This document shows positions 34,069 to 42,607 of a stretch of DNA of 64,000 nucleotides, in pieces. Source of the stretch: a bacterium (GTDB lineage Bacteria; SZUA-182; DTGQ01). The stretch is taken from assembly GCA_040752695.1 (NCBI GenBank), contig JBFMGO010000015.1, positions 1-64,000 on the forward strand, in the 5' to 3' direction. The translations under genes and the position numbers were made by a program. The notes beneath the pieces were generated by a model. That model was given only the letters and a program-made list of their open reading frames with translations, had not been told where the DNA came from and made no database searches. Numbering within the stretch: the first letter of the stretch is position 1; every line of letters starts with the position of its first letter.

Positions 34069-34977
34069 ATGCGTCTATCCAAAGTGAAGTTTTTAGCTAT
34101 TACGCTCTTTTGTATATCGGTTCTGTTTTGTATGCCCCTGAATGGACAGGCTTACTATGGTAGCTTGTATGGCAGTTATGGTTTGTATGGTGGTCTGTAT
34201 GGTGGTCTGTACGGTGGTCTGTATGGCGGGCTCTATGGCGGCCTGTACGGCGGCAGCTATGGCCTCTATGGCGGGCTGTATGGCGGCCTGTACGGCAGCT
34301 ATGGCTTGTATGGCGGTTTGTATGGCAGCTATGGCTTGTATGGCGGTTTGTATGGCAGCTATGGCTTGTATGGCGGGCTATACGGCAGCTATGGCCTCTA
34401 TGGCGGCCTGTACGGCGGCCTCTATGGCAGCTATGGCCTCTATGGCGGCCTGTACGGCGGCCTCTATGGCAGCTATGGCCTGTATGGTGGTCTATATGGT
34501 GGTCTGTATGGCGGGTTGTCGCGCTACCCGTTTGAGTCAGCATCAACACCACTGGTAGAGCCTGTACGCACTTCGGCTGCCCTGACAACACTTCTGGGCG
34601 GAGGAGGTGGAGGTTTGAGTCCAGCCGGAACCTGGAGTGGTACCTGGCTCAGCTATATCAGCCTCAAGGGTGGTATCTGCAACATGAACCTGCTCTACAA
34701 CTCACTCACCAGAACGGTTTCAGGAACCGCCGGTTTGCTTCTGAATAAACTGATCCCGCTTCCCATCAATGTATCCGGCTTATACCTTGGGAGCCCCTTT
34801 ACCCTGAGCGGCTCTTATCTTGATCCTGTATCTTTAGTTACCTATTATGAAGATTTGACCTGCACGCTGGTCTCTGCTTCCTTCATGACCGGCACGTATT
34901 TAATTCATGACGCTCTTTATCTCAAATCGGACGCTGGAGAATTTAACGTAAGCCTGGCTGTTGCTCCGGTCATATAA
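34069..34977 (+). CDS. Secreted protein with (GLYG/SYG)n low-complexity region and a C-terminal beta-rich domain
   Basis: AAGGAGG RBS; signal peptide ending GQA; about 25 LYG and 8 SYG motifs with synonymous codon variation; own terminator. Confidence 0.85.
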   Translation: MRLSKVKFLAITLFCISVLFCMPLNGQAYYGSLYGSYGLYGGLYGGLYGGLYGGLYGGLYGGSYGLYGGLYGGLYGSYGLYGGLYGSYGLYGGLYGSYGLYGGLYGSYGLYGGLYGGLYGSYGLYGGLYGGLYGSYGLYGGLYGGLYGGLSRYPFESASTPLVEPVRTSAALTTLLGGGGGGLSPAGTWSGTWLSYISLKGGICNMNLLYNSLTRTVSGTAGLLLNKLIPLPINVSGLYLGSPFTLSGSYLDPVSLVTYYEDLTCTLVSASFMTGTYLIHDALYLKSDAGEFNVSLAVAPVI

Positions 34978-35019
34978 CCGGCAGCGGGAAAATCCGATCT
35001 TCGGTTTTTGGAAGAGAAT

Positions 35020-35060
35020 GAAAGGGGTGAGCCTCTTTATGAGGCTCACCCCTTTTTGTT
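35020..35060 (+). terminator. Intrinsic terminator
   Basis: aaaggggtgagcctc-tttat-gaggctcacccctttttgttt. Confidence 0.9.
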
Positions 35061-35239
35061 TAAGCGGGCAGTGATTTGGGGTGAGGAGGGTGGAGGTGTT
35101 TTCAGGATATGCTTTATGAAGAGGATATCCTTCTTTTTCCTGTAGACGGTTCTGTTTTTTTTATGATAAATTAGCGATTTATGTAAGGGTTTACCTTTTG
35201 AATTCTCACACAAAAATCATAGGAAGGAGAGAGAGCGAT

Positions 35240-36361
35240 ATGCTTCAGAGAAAAAAATGGAGTGCTTTTGGACATATTCAAATAACTGGCCTTTTGTTGG
35301 CGATTTGGATTTCCCTGGCCCTGACCGGCTGCGGTACCGTGACTCAACAGGTCAAATCCTCGCTCGGATTTTATCCAGAGCAGGAACTGGCACAAGCTTT
35401 GACCCGCACGCCGGAGCAGTGGAAGACTGCCATGGGGCAGGCTGCTGCCGTAGATCCCAAAGTAACCGAGGGCCAGCGCCTGAATAAAGATCCTGCCCTC
35501 AACAAAAGGCTGCAAGCCATGGCGGACCGCTTACGGGCCGTTTCCCATGCACCTGAAATTCCGTTTCAGGTTAAGATTATCGAAAGCAAGCAGATCAACG
35601 CCTTCAACACGGGCGGGGAGCTTTTGTATGTTTATACCGGCCTCATTGATTATGTCAAGAGCGACGATGAACTGGCCGGTATTCTGGCTCATGAGATGGC
35701 TCATGGAATCGGTGCTCACTTGCAGAGAGAGCAAAAATCCATGTTTCTTCCGACTATTGGCGCAATCCTGGCTGACGTGGCTTTTCAGAACCAAACCGCG
35801 GACCAACTGATCGGTCTGACCAATCAGGCGATCTCCTCCGGGTACTCACGAAGGCATGAACGGGAGGCGGACATTCTGGCCGTTGTATATACCTATCGGG
35901 CAGGTTATAATCCTCTCAGCTTTGAAGAATTTTTCGAGAGGATGAGCCAAAAAGCCAGTCAGGTAAAGCAGGAGAAAGAGAAGGAGTTGCGCCAAAGCTA
36001 TGCCAGCTTTCGGCAGACGGCTCAAAAGGTGAATCAGGAGAAGCAACGATACGCGACTTCTTACCACCGTTTCCAGGCTGATCCCGATTCTCCTGTGGCA
36101 CGTCAGGAATTCCAGCAGGCTAAAAAGCAACTGGAGAAAAGCCAAAATCAATATGACAGCCAATCCCAGCAGTATCGCAAGGCTTATCAGAACTATGCCC
36201 AATCCATCAATGAGTTGTTTCCTATATTCCAATCTCATCCATCCGATCCGGAACGGATTGATATCATCACCAGGACGTTGAAATACTTAAAGAAGGAAAT
36301 ACCCCTTTCTCAGACACCTCCTTCTGTCCAGTACGTAATCGAAGCTATAGGGGAAATTTGA
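35240..36361 (+). CDS. M48-family Zn metallopeptidase lipoprotein with coiled-coil insertion
   Basis: Lipobox LTGC; INAF..GG; ELAGILAHEMAH; YSR.HEREAD; SHP....RI. Confidence 0.9.
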   Translation: MLQRKKWSAFGHIQITGLLLAIWISLALTGCGTVTQQVKSSLGFYPEQELAQALTRTPEQWKTAMGQAAAVDPKVTEGQRLNKDPALNKRLQAMADRLRAVSHAPEIPFQVKIIESKQINAFNTGGELLYVYTGLIDYVKSDDELAGILAHEMAHGIGAHLQREQKSMFLPTIGAILADVAFQNQTADQLIGLTNQAISSGYSRRHEREADILAVVYTYRAGYNPLSFEEFFERMSQKASQVKQEKEKELRQSYASFRQTAQKVNQEKQRYATSYHRFQADPDSPVARQEFQQAKKQLEKSQNQYDSQSQQYRKAYQNYAQSINELFPIFQSHPSDPERIDIITRTLKYLKKEIPLSQTPPSVQYVIEAIGEI

Positions 36362-36628
36362 GTATGTAGTGTAAATTAAGCGGGGGCCATCCGTGGCCAA
36401 AAGCTTGACTGGATGGCCCCCTTCTAGGGGATGATAAATGGGAGTGTTTAACTCCTTTATCAAGGGAGGGCAAATGGAAACTTATATATTCACTTTATTT
36501 TATTTTCAATTTATTTGCTGTTGAAAGCGTATTTGACCTTATAGACGTTGTTTTTGGATATTCATTACGAAAAATATCATAATTTTTATGAATAGGGATC
36601 ACTGTGGATGAGCAGGGTCTTTTCACGG

Positions 36629-36676
36629 ACAGGCGAAGCCTTTGACATCTCCAGCAATGTCAAAGGCTTTCGCCTG
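36629..36676 (-). terminator. Strong hairpin downstream of the putative precursor gene
   Basis: caggcgaagcctttgacat-ctccagca-atgtcaaaggctttcgcctg; a second hairpin at 36384-36420. Confidence 0.7.
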
Positions 36677-36696
36677 ATATTCAATCTCCCTCCCCA

Positions 36697-37401
36697 TTAA
36701 TAGGTAAGGGCGGAAGGCCAGGAAGCGGGCCAGGAAGTGGAAGAAGTCGTCGGCAGACTTATTCCGTAGAGAGCCCAGACGGTAGATCCAGGCGGTGTAT
36801 AGGATGTATCAGGAAGAGTAGGTGCGGAGATCCCATACAAGGGGCCGAAAGCAGTAGTCGGGGGAGAATAGATTGTTTTTGGCGTAGGTATATTGACACC
36901 ATAATAGGTAGTCGGGCTGGGGACTTGCGCGGCATAGAGAGGCACGATTTGCCCGGGAGAAGTATTTCCGGAATTACCGGGATAGGTGCCCCAGGGATAA
37001 GATCCAAAAAATCCTCCCAGGATATTCCACAAGGGAGAAAGAAAGCTGTTGACGCTGCCCCATAGATTCGTGATTGGACTTGACCAGGGAGAGGTATAGG
37101 ATGTGATGGGATTGTTCCAGAAAGGGAGCGTGTTGTAGGGAGAATAACTGCCAAATCCGTAGGGATTATATCCATAGCCATATCCGCCCCAGCCTCCCCA
37201 CGGGTACCAGCTTGTGGGAGAAATGCGGTTATATTCATAAGGCAGTGGAAATTCATAATACTTTTTCAGTTCACTGATAGGTGTAGGCGCTCCATAATAA
37301 AGTCTGAATTCGCTGTCGGGTGTGCTATATCCACTGTATCCACTATACAGCGATTGAGTGCTTCGCCGGTTTTCCAGTTTTTCGAAAAAAATATGAGCCA
37401 T
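36697..37401 (-). CDS. Putative RiPP precursor / radical SAM substrate (234 aa, Y/G/P/S/T/W-rich, repeated xYG motifs)
   Basis: GGAGGT RBS, starts 5 nt after the radical SAM stop; charged N-terminus AHIFFEKLENRR; motifs LYYGA, TYYGV, PLYGI, ALYGI. Confidence 0.7.
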   Translation of the reverse strand: MAHIFFEKLENRRSTQSLYSGYSGYSTPDSEFRLYYGAPTPISELKKYYEFPLPYEYNRISPTSWYPWGGWGGYGYGYNPYGFGSYSPYNTLPFWNNPITSYTSPWSSPITNLWGSVNSFLSPLWNILGGFFGSYPWGTYPGNSGNTSPGQIVPLYAAQVPSPTTYYGVNIPTPKTIYSPPTTAFGPLYGISAPTLPDTSYTPPGSTVWALYGISLPTTSSTSWPASWPSALTY

Positions 37402-37406
37402 AATGA

Positions 37407-38459
37407 TTACCTCCTTTCCTTTGCCATTTTTTCCACACGGTAAAGGCAATAAGGATTGTTGAAGATCGATCCTGAAAAGCAAAAAGCCGTGGACTTACAG
37501 CCTCCCCGGCAGACATGGTTATACTCACATTCTTGGCAGTCACCTTCGAGCAGGCCGGTACGGAAGTTGCGATTGTAGGCGAAATTCCCCGGTTTGTTCC
37601 AGATGTCGGCCAAAGGCTCCTTGCGGATGTTACCTTCGATGAATTCGGGGCTGGAAGGCATGGACAGGCAGCCCTTAATGTCTCCGTTGGCTTCGACGCC
37701 AAGAGCCTGTATTCCGGCAAAGCAGCCGGTCCAGAAGGGAAGCCTGCCGGGTACGCTTTGCCGCAGAACTTCTTCATTGCGGCCAAAATAGCCGATGTTA
37801 TCGGCAATATCAAGGCGGAGCCGGCTCTCCTGCCTGACCTTGAGTACAAATTGTTCGAGGAGGAAAAGGTCCTGCGGCTGAATGATGTAATCGGAGTGCT
37901 CGCATAGTCTCCCGCGCGGGACGCCGATTTGCAGTTGCCAGATTTCCACACCCTCCTCCAGTGCCACCAGGTAGATCCGGTCAAGCTCAACCAGGTTGTC
38001 TTTGCAGACCGTAGTGACCAGGGCAGAAGAGACTCCGTTTTGGCGGAGCAGGGACAGGCTGTTGAGAACCCTTTGATATGCCCCTGTCTTTCGCCTAATT
38101 TTTTCATGGGTTTGCTGGAGGCCGTCCAGGCTTACGGCAACATTGGCAAGCTGAGCCTTTTTGATCCGCTCAACCAGGGCCTGATCCATAAGATAGCCGT
38201 TGGTAATGGCATTGACCTTGACACCATACCCTTCAAGGCACAGGGCCAGATCATCCCAGTCTTCCCGCATGAAGGGCTCGCCACCCAAAAGGGTCAGGAC
38301 TTCACAGCCCATCCGGCCTAACTGATGGCATAGGTCCAGGGCTTCCTCATGGTCGAGTTCCTGGCCTCGCTCCGGCCCTGCTTCGGAGCCGCAATGAGCA
38401 CAATTCATGTTACAGCGTAAGGTTAATTCCCAGACTACACTTCTGGGATAATACTTCAT
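37407..38459 (-). CDS. Radical SAM/SPASM peptide-modifying enzyme, PlpX (splicease)-like
   Basis: VWELTLRCNMNCAHCGS.AG; LLGGEP; NIGYFG..E..LR; WTGC.AG...LGVEANGDIKGCLS; CxxCxxxxxCxGGC...C. Confidence 0.85.
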   Translation of the reverse strand: MKYYPRSVVWELTLRCNMNCAHCGSEAGPERGQELDHEEALDLCHQLGRMGCEVLTLLGGEPFMREDWDDLALCLEGYGVKVNAITNGYLMDQALVERIKKAQLANVAVSLDGLQQTHEKIRRKTGAYQRVLNSLSLLRQNGVSSALVTTVCKDNLVELDRIYLVALEEGVEIWQLQIGVPRGRLCEHSDYIIQPQDLFLLEQFVLKVRQESRLRLDIADNIGYFGRNEEVLRQSVPGRLPFWTGCFAGIQALGVEANGDIKGCLSMPSSPEFIEGNIRKEPLADIWNKPGNFAYNRNFRTGLLEGDCQECEYNHVCRGGCKSTAFCFSGSIFNNPYCLYRVEKMAKERR

Positions 38460-38460
38460 C

Positions 38461-40593
38461 TTATCCAGGTAATATCTGGGATTTTCCTTCAGTAGCTTGA
38501 GGATATAGCGCATAAGAAATCTCCTGATAGACGTGTTCTGCCTCCGGAAGGAAACAGGGGTTTAACCCTTGAGCACGAAAAAGCCAGCAGCCTCCCCGGC
38601 ACATTGGAAGGTGTTCACACTTTTGGCAGGCTTCGAAAAGCCCGTCCGGCACATTCTGTCGGAAAGCGGCAAATTTTTGTTCCCAGATTTCCTTGAGGAG
38701 ATCGGTTCGGATATTTCCTTCTTTCTGGCCGGAAAACTTGGACATTGCACAGCCCAAAACATCCCCCTCGTGGGTGATGCAAAGGGTGTTCCATCCGCAG
38801 CCGCAAAAGAACGGCCCGCTCCGGATAAACGGCTCTAGCGGTCCGAGATAGCCGAAAGATTCCGATGGCTCTACAGGGAATCCGCGCTTTCTTGCCTCCA
38901 GCACGAAACGAAAGGCATTTTTGACAAGTTCGGAGCTGTTTCGTGCTGGTCTGCCATGCTGAAAGAGGAGTGGCTGAAGCTGAAGGCTCTGTGCTCCGGC
39001 ACGAAAAACTTCCTCGGTCAATTGCGGAAGCTCCATGATGTTTTCAGCAAGCAGGGTGGTGCTTACCGCAATGGAAGGGGCGCCTAGATCATGGAAAAAT
39101 TCGATGGTTCGGATTCCCCGCTCAAAGGAGCCTTCATCGTTAGTTTCTCCCGTAGATGGCCGGTCAACACCACGCAGGCGGTTTTGTGTACTTTTAAAGC
39201 CATCGAGAGTGATGATCACAGAATCAAAGCGCGCCTGCTCCAGTGCCAGGAGGTTTTCTTCCGTGGCCTGGCCATTGGTAGTGAGCCCCACTTTCATTCC
39301 CCGCTGATGAGCGTGGCGGGCAATGGAAAAGATGTCGGGACGCAGGAGGGGCTCTCCGCCGGTAATAGAAAAGAATTCACATCCCATCGATGCAAGTTCA
39401 TCCAGAGCTTTTTGGACTGCATCCATACTCAGCTCCTTCGGACTGGCCTGGCTGGACGTGGTTTCGCAGTGAGCGCAGCGAAACTGGCAGCGGTCCGTGC
39501 TCAGCCATTGCACATACAGGGGCTGCAGCCGGCCGTCCCGCCACTCTTTTTGGTATTGAGTAAGCAGCATCTTATGCGGCGGGATCTGTTGGGATGCCTG
39601 CTGTGAAACCTGCTGAGATGACTGCGGTGGAACCTGCCGGGATGCCTGCTGTGAAACCTGGCGAGGCCGGGGTTTCTGATTCCGTGAAGCGGAGTCATCC
39701 GGCACGGATTCATTCACAGAAGCCGGTGCTGTAGGTATTTCCTCAGGCAGGGGAGGCATACTACTCTCCACCTCCTGGATCGTTTTTTCCTGTTTATCGC
39801 TCTGAGGCTCATTTTTCTCTTTATGCAAAAATTCTTTAATTCCATCCGTAAAGGGGCCGACCAGGTCCAGGGGAAAGGGAAAAAGGATGGTGGAGCTTTT
39901 TTGGGTGGAGATTTGCCTCAGGGTCTGGAGATAGCGTAATTGAAGGCTTTGCGGATTGCCGGACAGAATCTGACCGGCTTTGGCCAGAGTTTGAGCTGCC
40001 TGAAACTCACCCTGTGCATCGATCAGGAGCGCGCGCCTCTCCCTTTCGGTCTCCGCCTGTTTAGCCATGGCGCGCTTCATCTCTTCGGGCAGGGTAACTT
40101 CCTTGATTTCGACAATGGGAATGGCGATTCCCCAGGGGGCTGTGGTAATAGTGATGATTTGCTGCAACCTTTGATTGATACTGGTCTGCTGACTGAGCAG
40201 GTCATCCAGCTCCACCTGGCCAAGGACACTGCGCAAAGTGGTCTGGGCGATCAGGAATGTGGACTGGTAGATGTTTTGAATGCCAACGACCGCTCTGGCC
40301 GGATCAGTGATATTGAAGTAAACGACCGCATCCACCGTTACCGGAACATTATCTTTGGTCATGATGTCCTGGCGGGGAACATCTACGGATACCAGCCGTA
40401 AGTCGATCCTCTGCATCCGGTCAACCAGCGGTATCAGGAAAACCAATCCAGGCCCCTTGGTGCCTGCCAATTTTCCCAGCCGAAAGATGACTGCACGCTC
40501 ATATTCTTTCAGTATCCTGACAGCAGAGCAAACAAGGGCGGCCAAAGCCATGAGATAAAGAAAAGTCTTTAAATATTCCAACTGCATAGGCAT
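38461..40593 (-). CDS. SPFH (stomatin/slipin)-radical SAM/SPASM fusion protein
   Basis: EYERAVIFRLG...QTTLRSVLG...AE.ERERRA...LQLRYLQTL; Q/P-rich linker; CQFRCAHC; TGGEPLLRPD; SPASM cysteines; GAGGAG RBS at 40593. Confidence 0.88.
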   Translation of the reverse strand: MPMQLEYLKTFLYLMALAALVCSAVRILKEYERAVIFRLGKLAGTKGPGLVFLIPLVDRMQRIDLRLVSVDVPRQDIMTKDNVPVTVDAVVYFNITDPARAVVGIQNIYQSTFLIAQTTLRSVLGQVELDDLLSQQTSINQRLQQIITITTAPWGIAIPIVEIKEVTLPEEMKRAMAKQAETERERRALLIDAQGEFQAAQTLAKAGQILSGNPQSLQLRYLQTLRQISTQKSSTILFPFPLDLVGPFTDGIKEFLHKEKNEPQSDKQEKTIQEVESSMPPLPEEIPTAPASVNESVPDDSASRNQKPRPRQVSQQASRQVPPQSSQQVSQQASQQIPPHKMLLTQYQKEWRDGRLQPLYVQWLSTDRCQFRCAHCETTSSQASPKELSMDAVQKALDELASMGCEFFSITGGEPLLRPDIFSIARHAHQRGMKVGLTTNGQATEENLLALEQARFDSVIITLDGFKSTQNRLRGVDRPSTGETNDEGSFERGIRTIEFFHDLGAPSIAVSTTLLAENIMELPQLTEEVFRAGAQSLQLQPLLFQHGRPARNSSELVKNAFRFVLEARKRGFPVEPSESFGYLGPLEPFIRSGPFFCGCGWNTLCITHEGDVLGCAMSKFSGQKEGNIRTDLLKEIWEQKFAAFRQNVPDGLFEACQKCEHLPMCRGGCWLFRAQGLNPCFLPEAEHVYQEISYALYPQATEGKSQILPG

Positions 40594-40600
40594 CTCCTCA

Positions 40601-41566
40601 TCAACGAAGGAAAGGAAGAATAAACTTTCCCAGAATATTGGCAGCGAACCAGACAAGGCCCATTATGGAAAGGAGAGAAAAGATCAAGGAGAGCAACCCA
40701 TACAGGGAAAGCCAGTGAAATTCTCCCTTGACCAGGCGCTCCCGCCCCCTTTGCCGCAGGTTGACGGTTTTGGAAAGATCTGACAACAGCCAGTACCCAT
40801 CTCCATTGACCATGGGGTTGAGAATAATGGTCCAGCGGGTGTATTGAAGGATCAATAAAGGGGTAACGTAATATTCCAGGGGAGGGGAATAGAGAACGAG
40901 AGCTACCAAAAGAGCGTTAAAAATCAGGTCTGCCAGAAGGCCGGCAGAATTAATGAGTAGTCTGACGTTTTGCGGCAGACACCAGGCCGGGTGAGTATCC
41001 ATGTACACGGCCGGGAAAAAAAGGAGGTGGGTAAAACCCAGCCGGGGTGAAAAATAGGATCTGGCTACCAGGTAATGCCCCAGTTCATGCAGAATAATGG
41101 GTAAAAGACCGAAAAGACCGATCACCAACCCTTCGTACCCGCGATTCAGGGTGACTGTGCGGGCCAGGGTTCGGAAATATTCGACCTGGACAGCGGCAAG
41201 CAGTAGGAAAAGAAAGATAAAGGGCAAAAGATGAATGTCGTCTCTCTGCCGTCCCATGGTGATTTTCCCCTGGCGGGCAGGAACGATTGCACCTTCCTTC
41301 TCAAGACTCACGATAAGGGAGCGCAATTCCTGCTGCTCGACTTTGTACTTTTGGGCAGCGCCGCTTACCGACACCCCGCCGTTCAGCTCCAGAAGAATCC
41401 GCAGCGTCAGCCAGTCTACGTGAAAAAGTCCCCGGTTGGGTGTGCGTATCCAGAGGGTTCCGTCATCCAGGGGGCCATACTCGAAACGGAAACAGAGGCG
41501 GTAATTTTCCTGCTCTGCTGAATGGGGCGAAAGGGGAGGAGAGGTTTGGGGCGAAGAATTCTTCAT
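40601..41566 (-). CDS. Membrane site-2 (M50) metallopeptidase with N-terminal PqqD/RRE-like domain
   Basis: HELGH; AG...D; NP....DGY; N-terminal strands followed by helices ending L..LEKEGAI; AGGAGG RBS. Confidence 0.8.
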   Translation of the reverse strand: MKNSSPQTSPPLSPHSAEQENYRLCFRFEYGPLDDGTLWIRTPNRGLFHVDWLTLRILLELNGGVSVSGAAQKYKVEQQELRSLIVSLEKEGAIVPARQGKITMGRQRDDIHLLPFIFLFLLLAAVQVEYFRTLARTVTLNRGYEGLVIGLFGLLPIILHELGHYLVARSYFSPRLGFTHLLFFPAVYMDTHPAWCLPQNVRLLINSAGLLADLIFNALLVALVLYSPPLEYYVTPLLILQYTRWTIILNPMVNGDGYWLLSDLSKTVNLRQRGRERLVKGEFHWLSLYGLLSLIFSLLSIMGLVWFAANILGKFILPFLR

Positions 41567-41832
41567 CTCCTTATCCTCCTTCAATAGGGAAGTTTGATTG
41601 TCATGTCGAAATCTCAGTAAACCTAAGGCTGCCACAAGAAACGTACAATACACAACAAGTGATACCGGTAATACATGCACATCAATACTTTTACATCGGG
41701 GGGATTTTTTGCCGGATATCTATGCATCTACAGTAGACGACGGTTTTGAGAGAAAAACATTATGGAGAAAATTCCTTACGGAAGCAATTCCTGCCGGAAA
41801 AATTATCCCGATCCTGCCATTCTCCTTTGTTA

Positions 41833-42480
41833 TTACCCGTAAAAAAGGGAATAAGAAGGGCACAGTTCCGCCACAGGGCATCGGGGACAGAGGGGTTTTG
41901 GTGCCTTGCAGATTTGCCGGCCATGAAAGATGAGAAGATGGGAAAACAAGGTCCACTCTTCCCGTGGGATGATTTTCATTAATTCCTGCTCGATCTTATC
42001 AGGATCTTTTTGGCTGGTCAGCCCGAGTCTTGCCGCCACGCGCTTGACGTGGGTATCCACAACCAGTGCCGGGATGTGAAAAGCATTGCCGAGAACTACA
42101 TTGGCGGTTTTGCGGCCTACTCCGGGCAATCGGGTCAGATCCTCGATCTTTTCGGGAACCTCGCCATGGAATTTACTCTCCAGCAGTTCACAGCAGGCCT
42201 TGATGTTTTTGGCCTTATTATGGAAAAATCCAGTGGGCCGGATATCCTGCTCCAGCTCGGTGAGGTCAGCCTTTGCATATGCCTTTGCAGAAGGATATTT
42301 GACAAATAGTTTTTCGCTTACCTCATTTACCCGCGTATCCGTGCATTGGGCCGAGAGAATGGTAGCAATGAGCAGTTCCAGCGCAGAAGAAAAATGCAGA
42401 GCGGTTTTGGCATCAGGATAGGTTTTTTTTAATATGGAGATGATTTTTGCGATCCTCTCCGGTTCAGCATCTATTTTCAT
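41833..42480 (-). CDS. nth: Endonuclease III
   Basis: LSAQCTD.RVN; LPGVGRKTANVV; VDTHV.R; CxxxxxxCxxCxxxxxC. Confidence 0.97.
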   Translation of the reverse strand: MKIDAEPERIAKIISILKKTYPDAKTALHFSSALELLIATILSAQCTDTRVNEVSEKLFVKYPSAKAYAKADLTELEQDIRPTGFFHNKAKNIKACCELLESKFHGEVPEKIEDLTRLPGVGRKTANVVLGNAFHIPALVVDTHVKRVAARLGLTSQKDPDKIEQELMKIIPREEWTLFSHLLIFHGRQICKAPKPLCPRCPVAELCPSYSLFYG

Positions 42481-42607
42481 AATTTCATAATTATATTATA
42501 ATTATATAATTCATGATACACCATATGTTTTTAGATCCTCCGGATCATATGGTTCTTAAACCTATTCTAACCAACAGGCCCTCACCCTGTCAACCTGTTC
42601 TCTCACG

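Noticed and set aside
34100..34591. His/Arg-rich and Met/Ala/Cys-rich alternative frames
   Set aside because: By-products of the GLYG repeat; only the GLYG frame has an RBS, signal peptide and third-position variation
37370..37401. Precursor N-terminus resembling the microviridin PFFARFL or LEPRxLL motifs
   Set aside because: Only 3-4 residues match and there is no ATP-grasp ligase in the window
37343..38107. 254-aa alternative-frame ORF overlapping the radical SAM gene
   Set aside because: Same-strand shadow frame with no recognisable motif
41833..42480. nth as part of the RiPP-like cluster
   Set aside because: Ordinary housekeeping enzyme separated from the M50 gene by about 270 bp; no functional link evident
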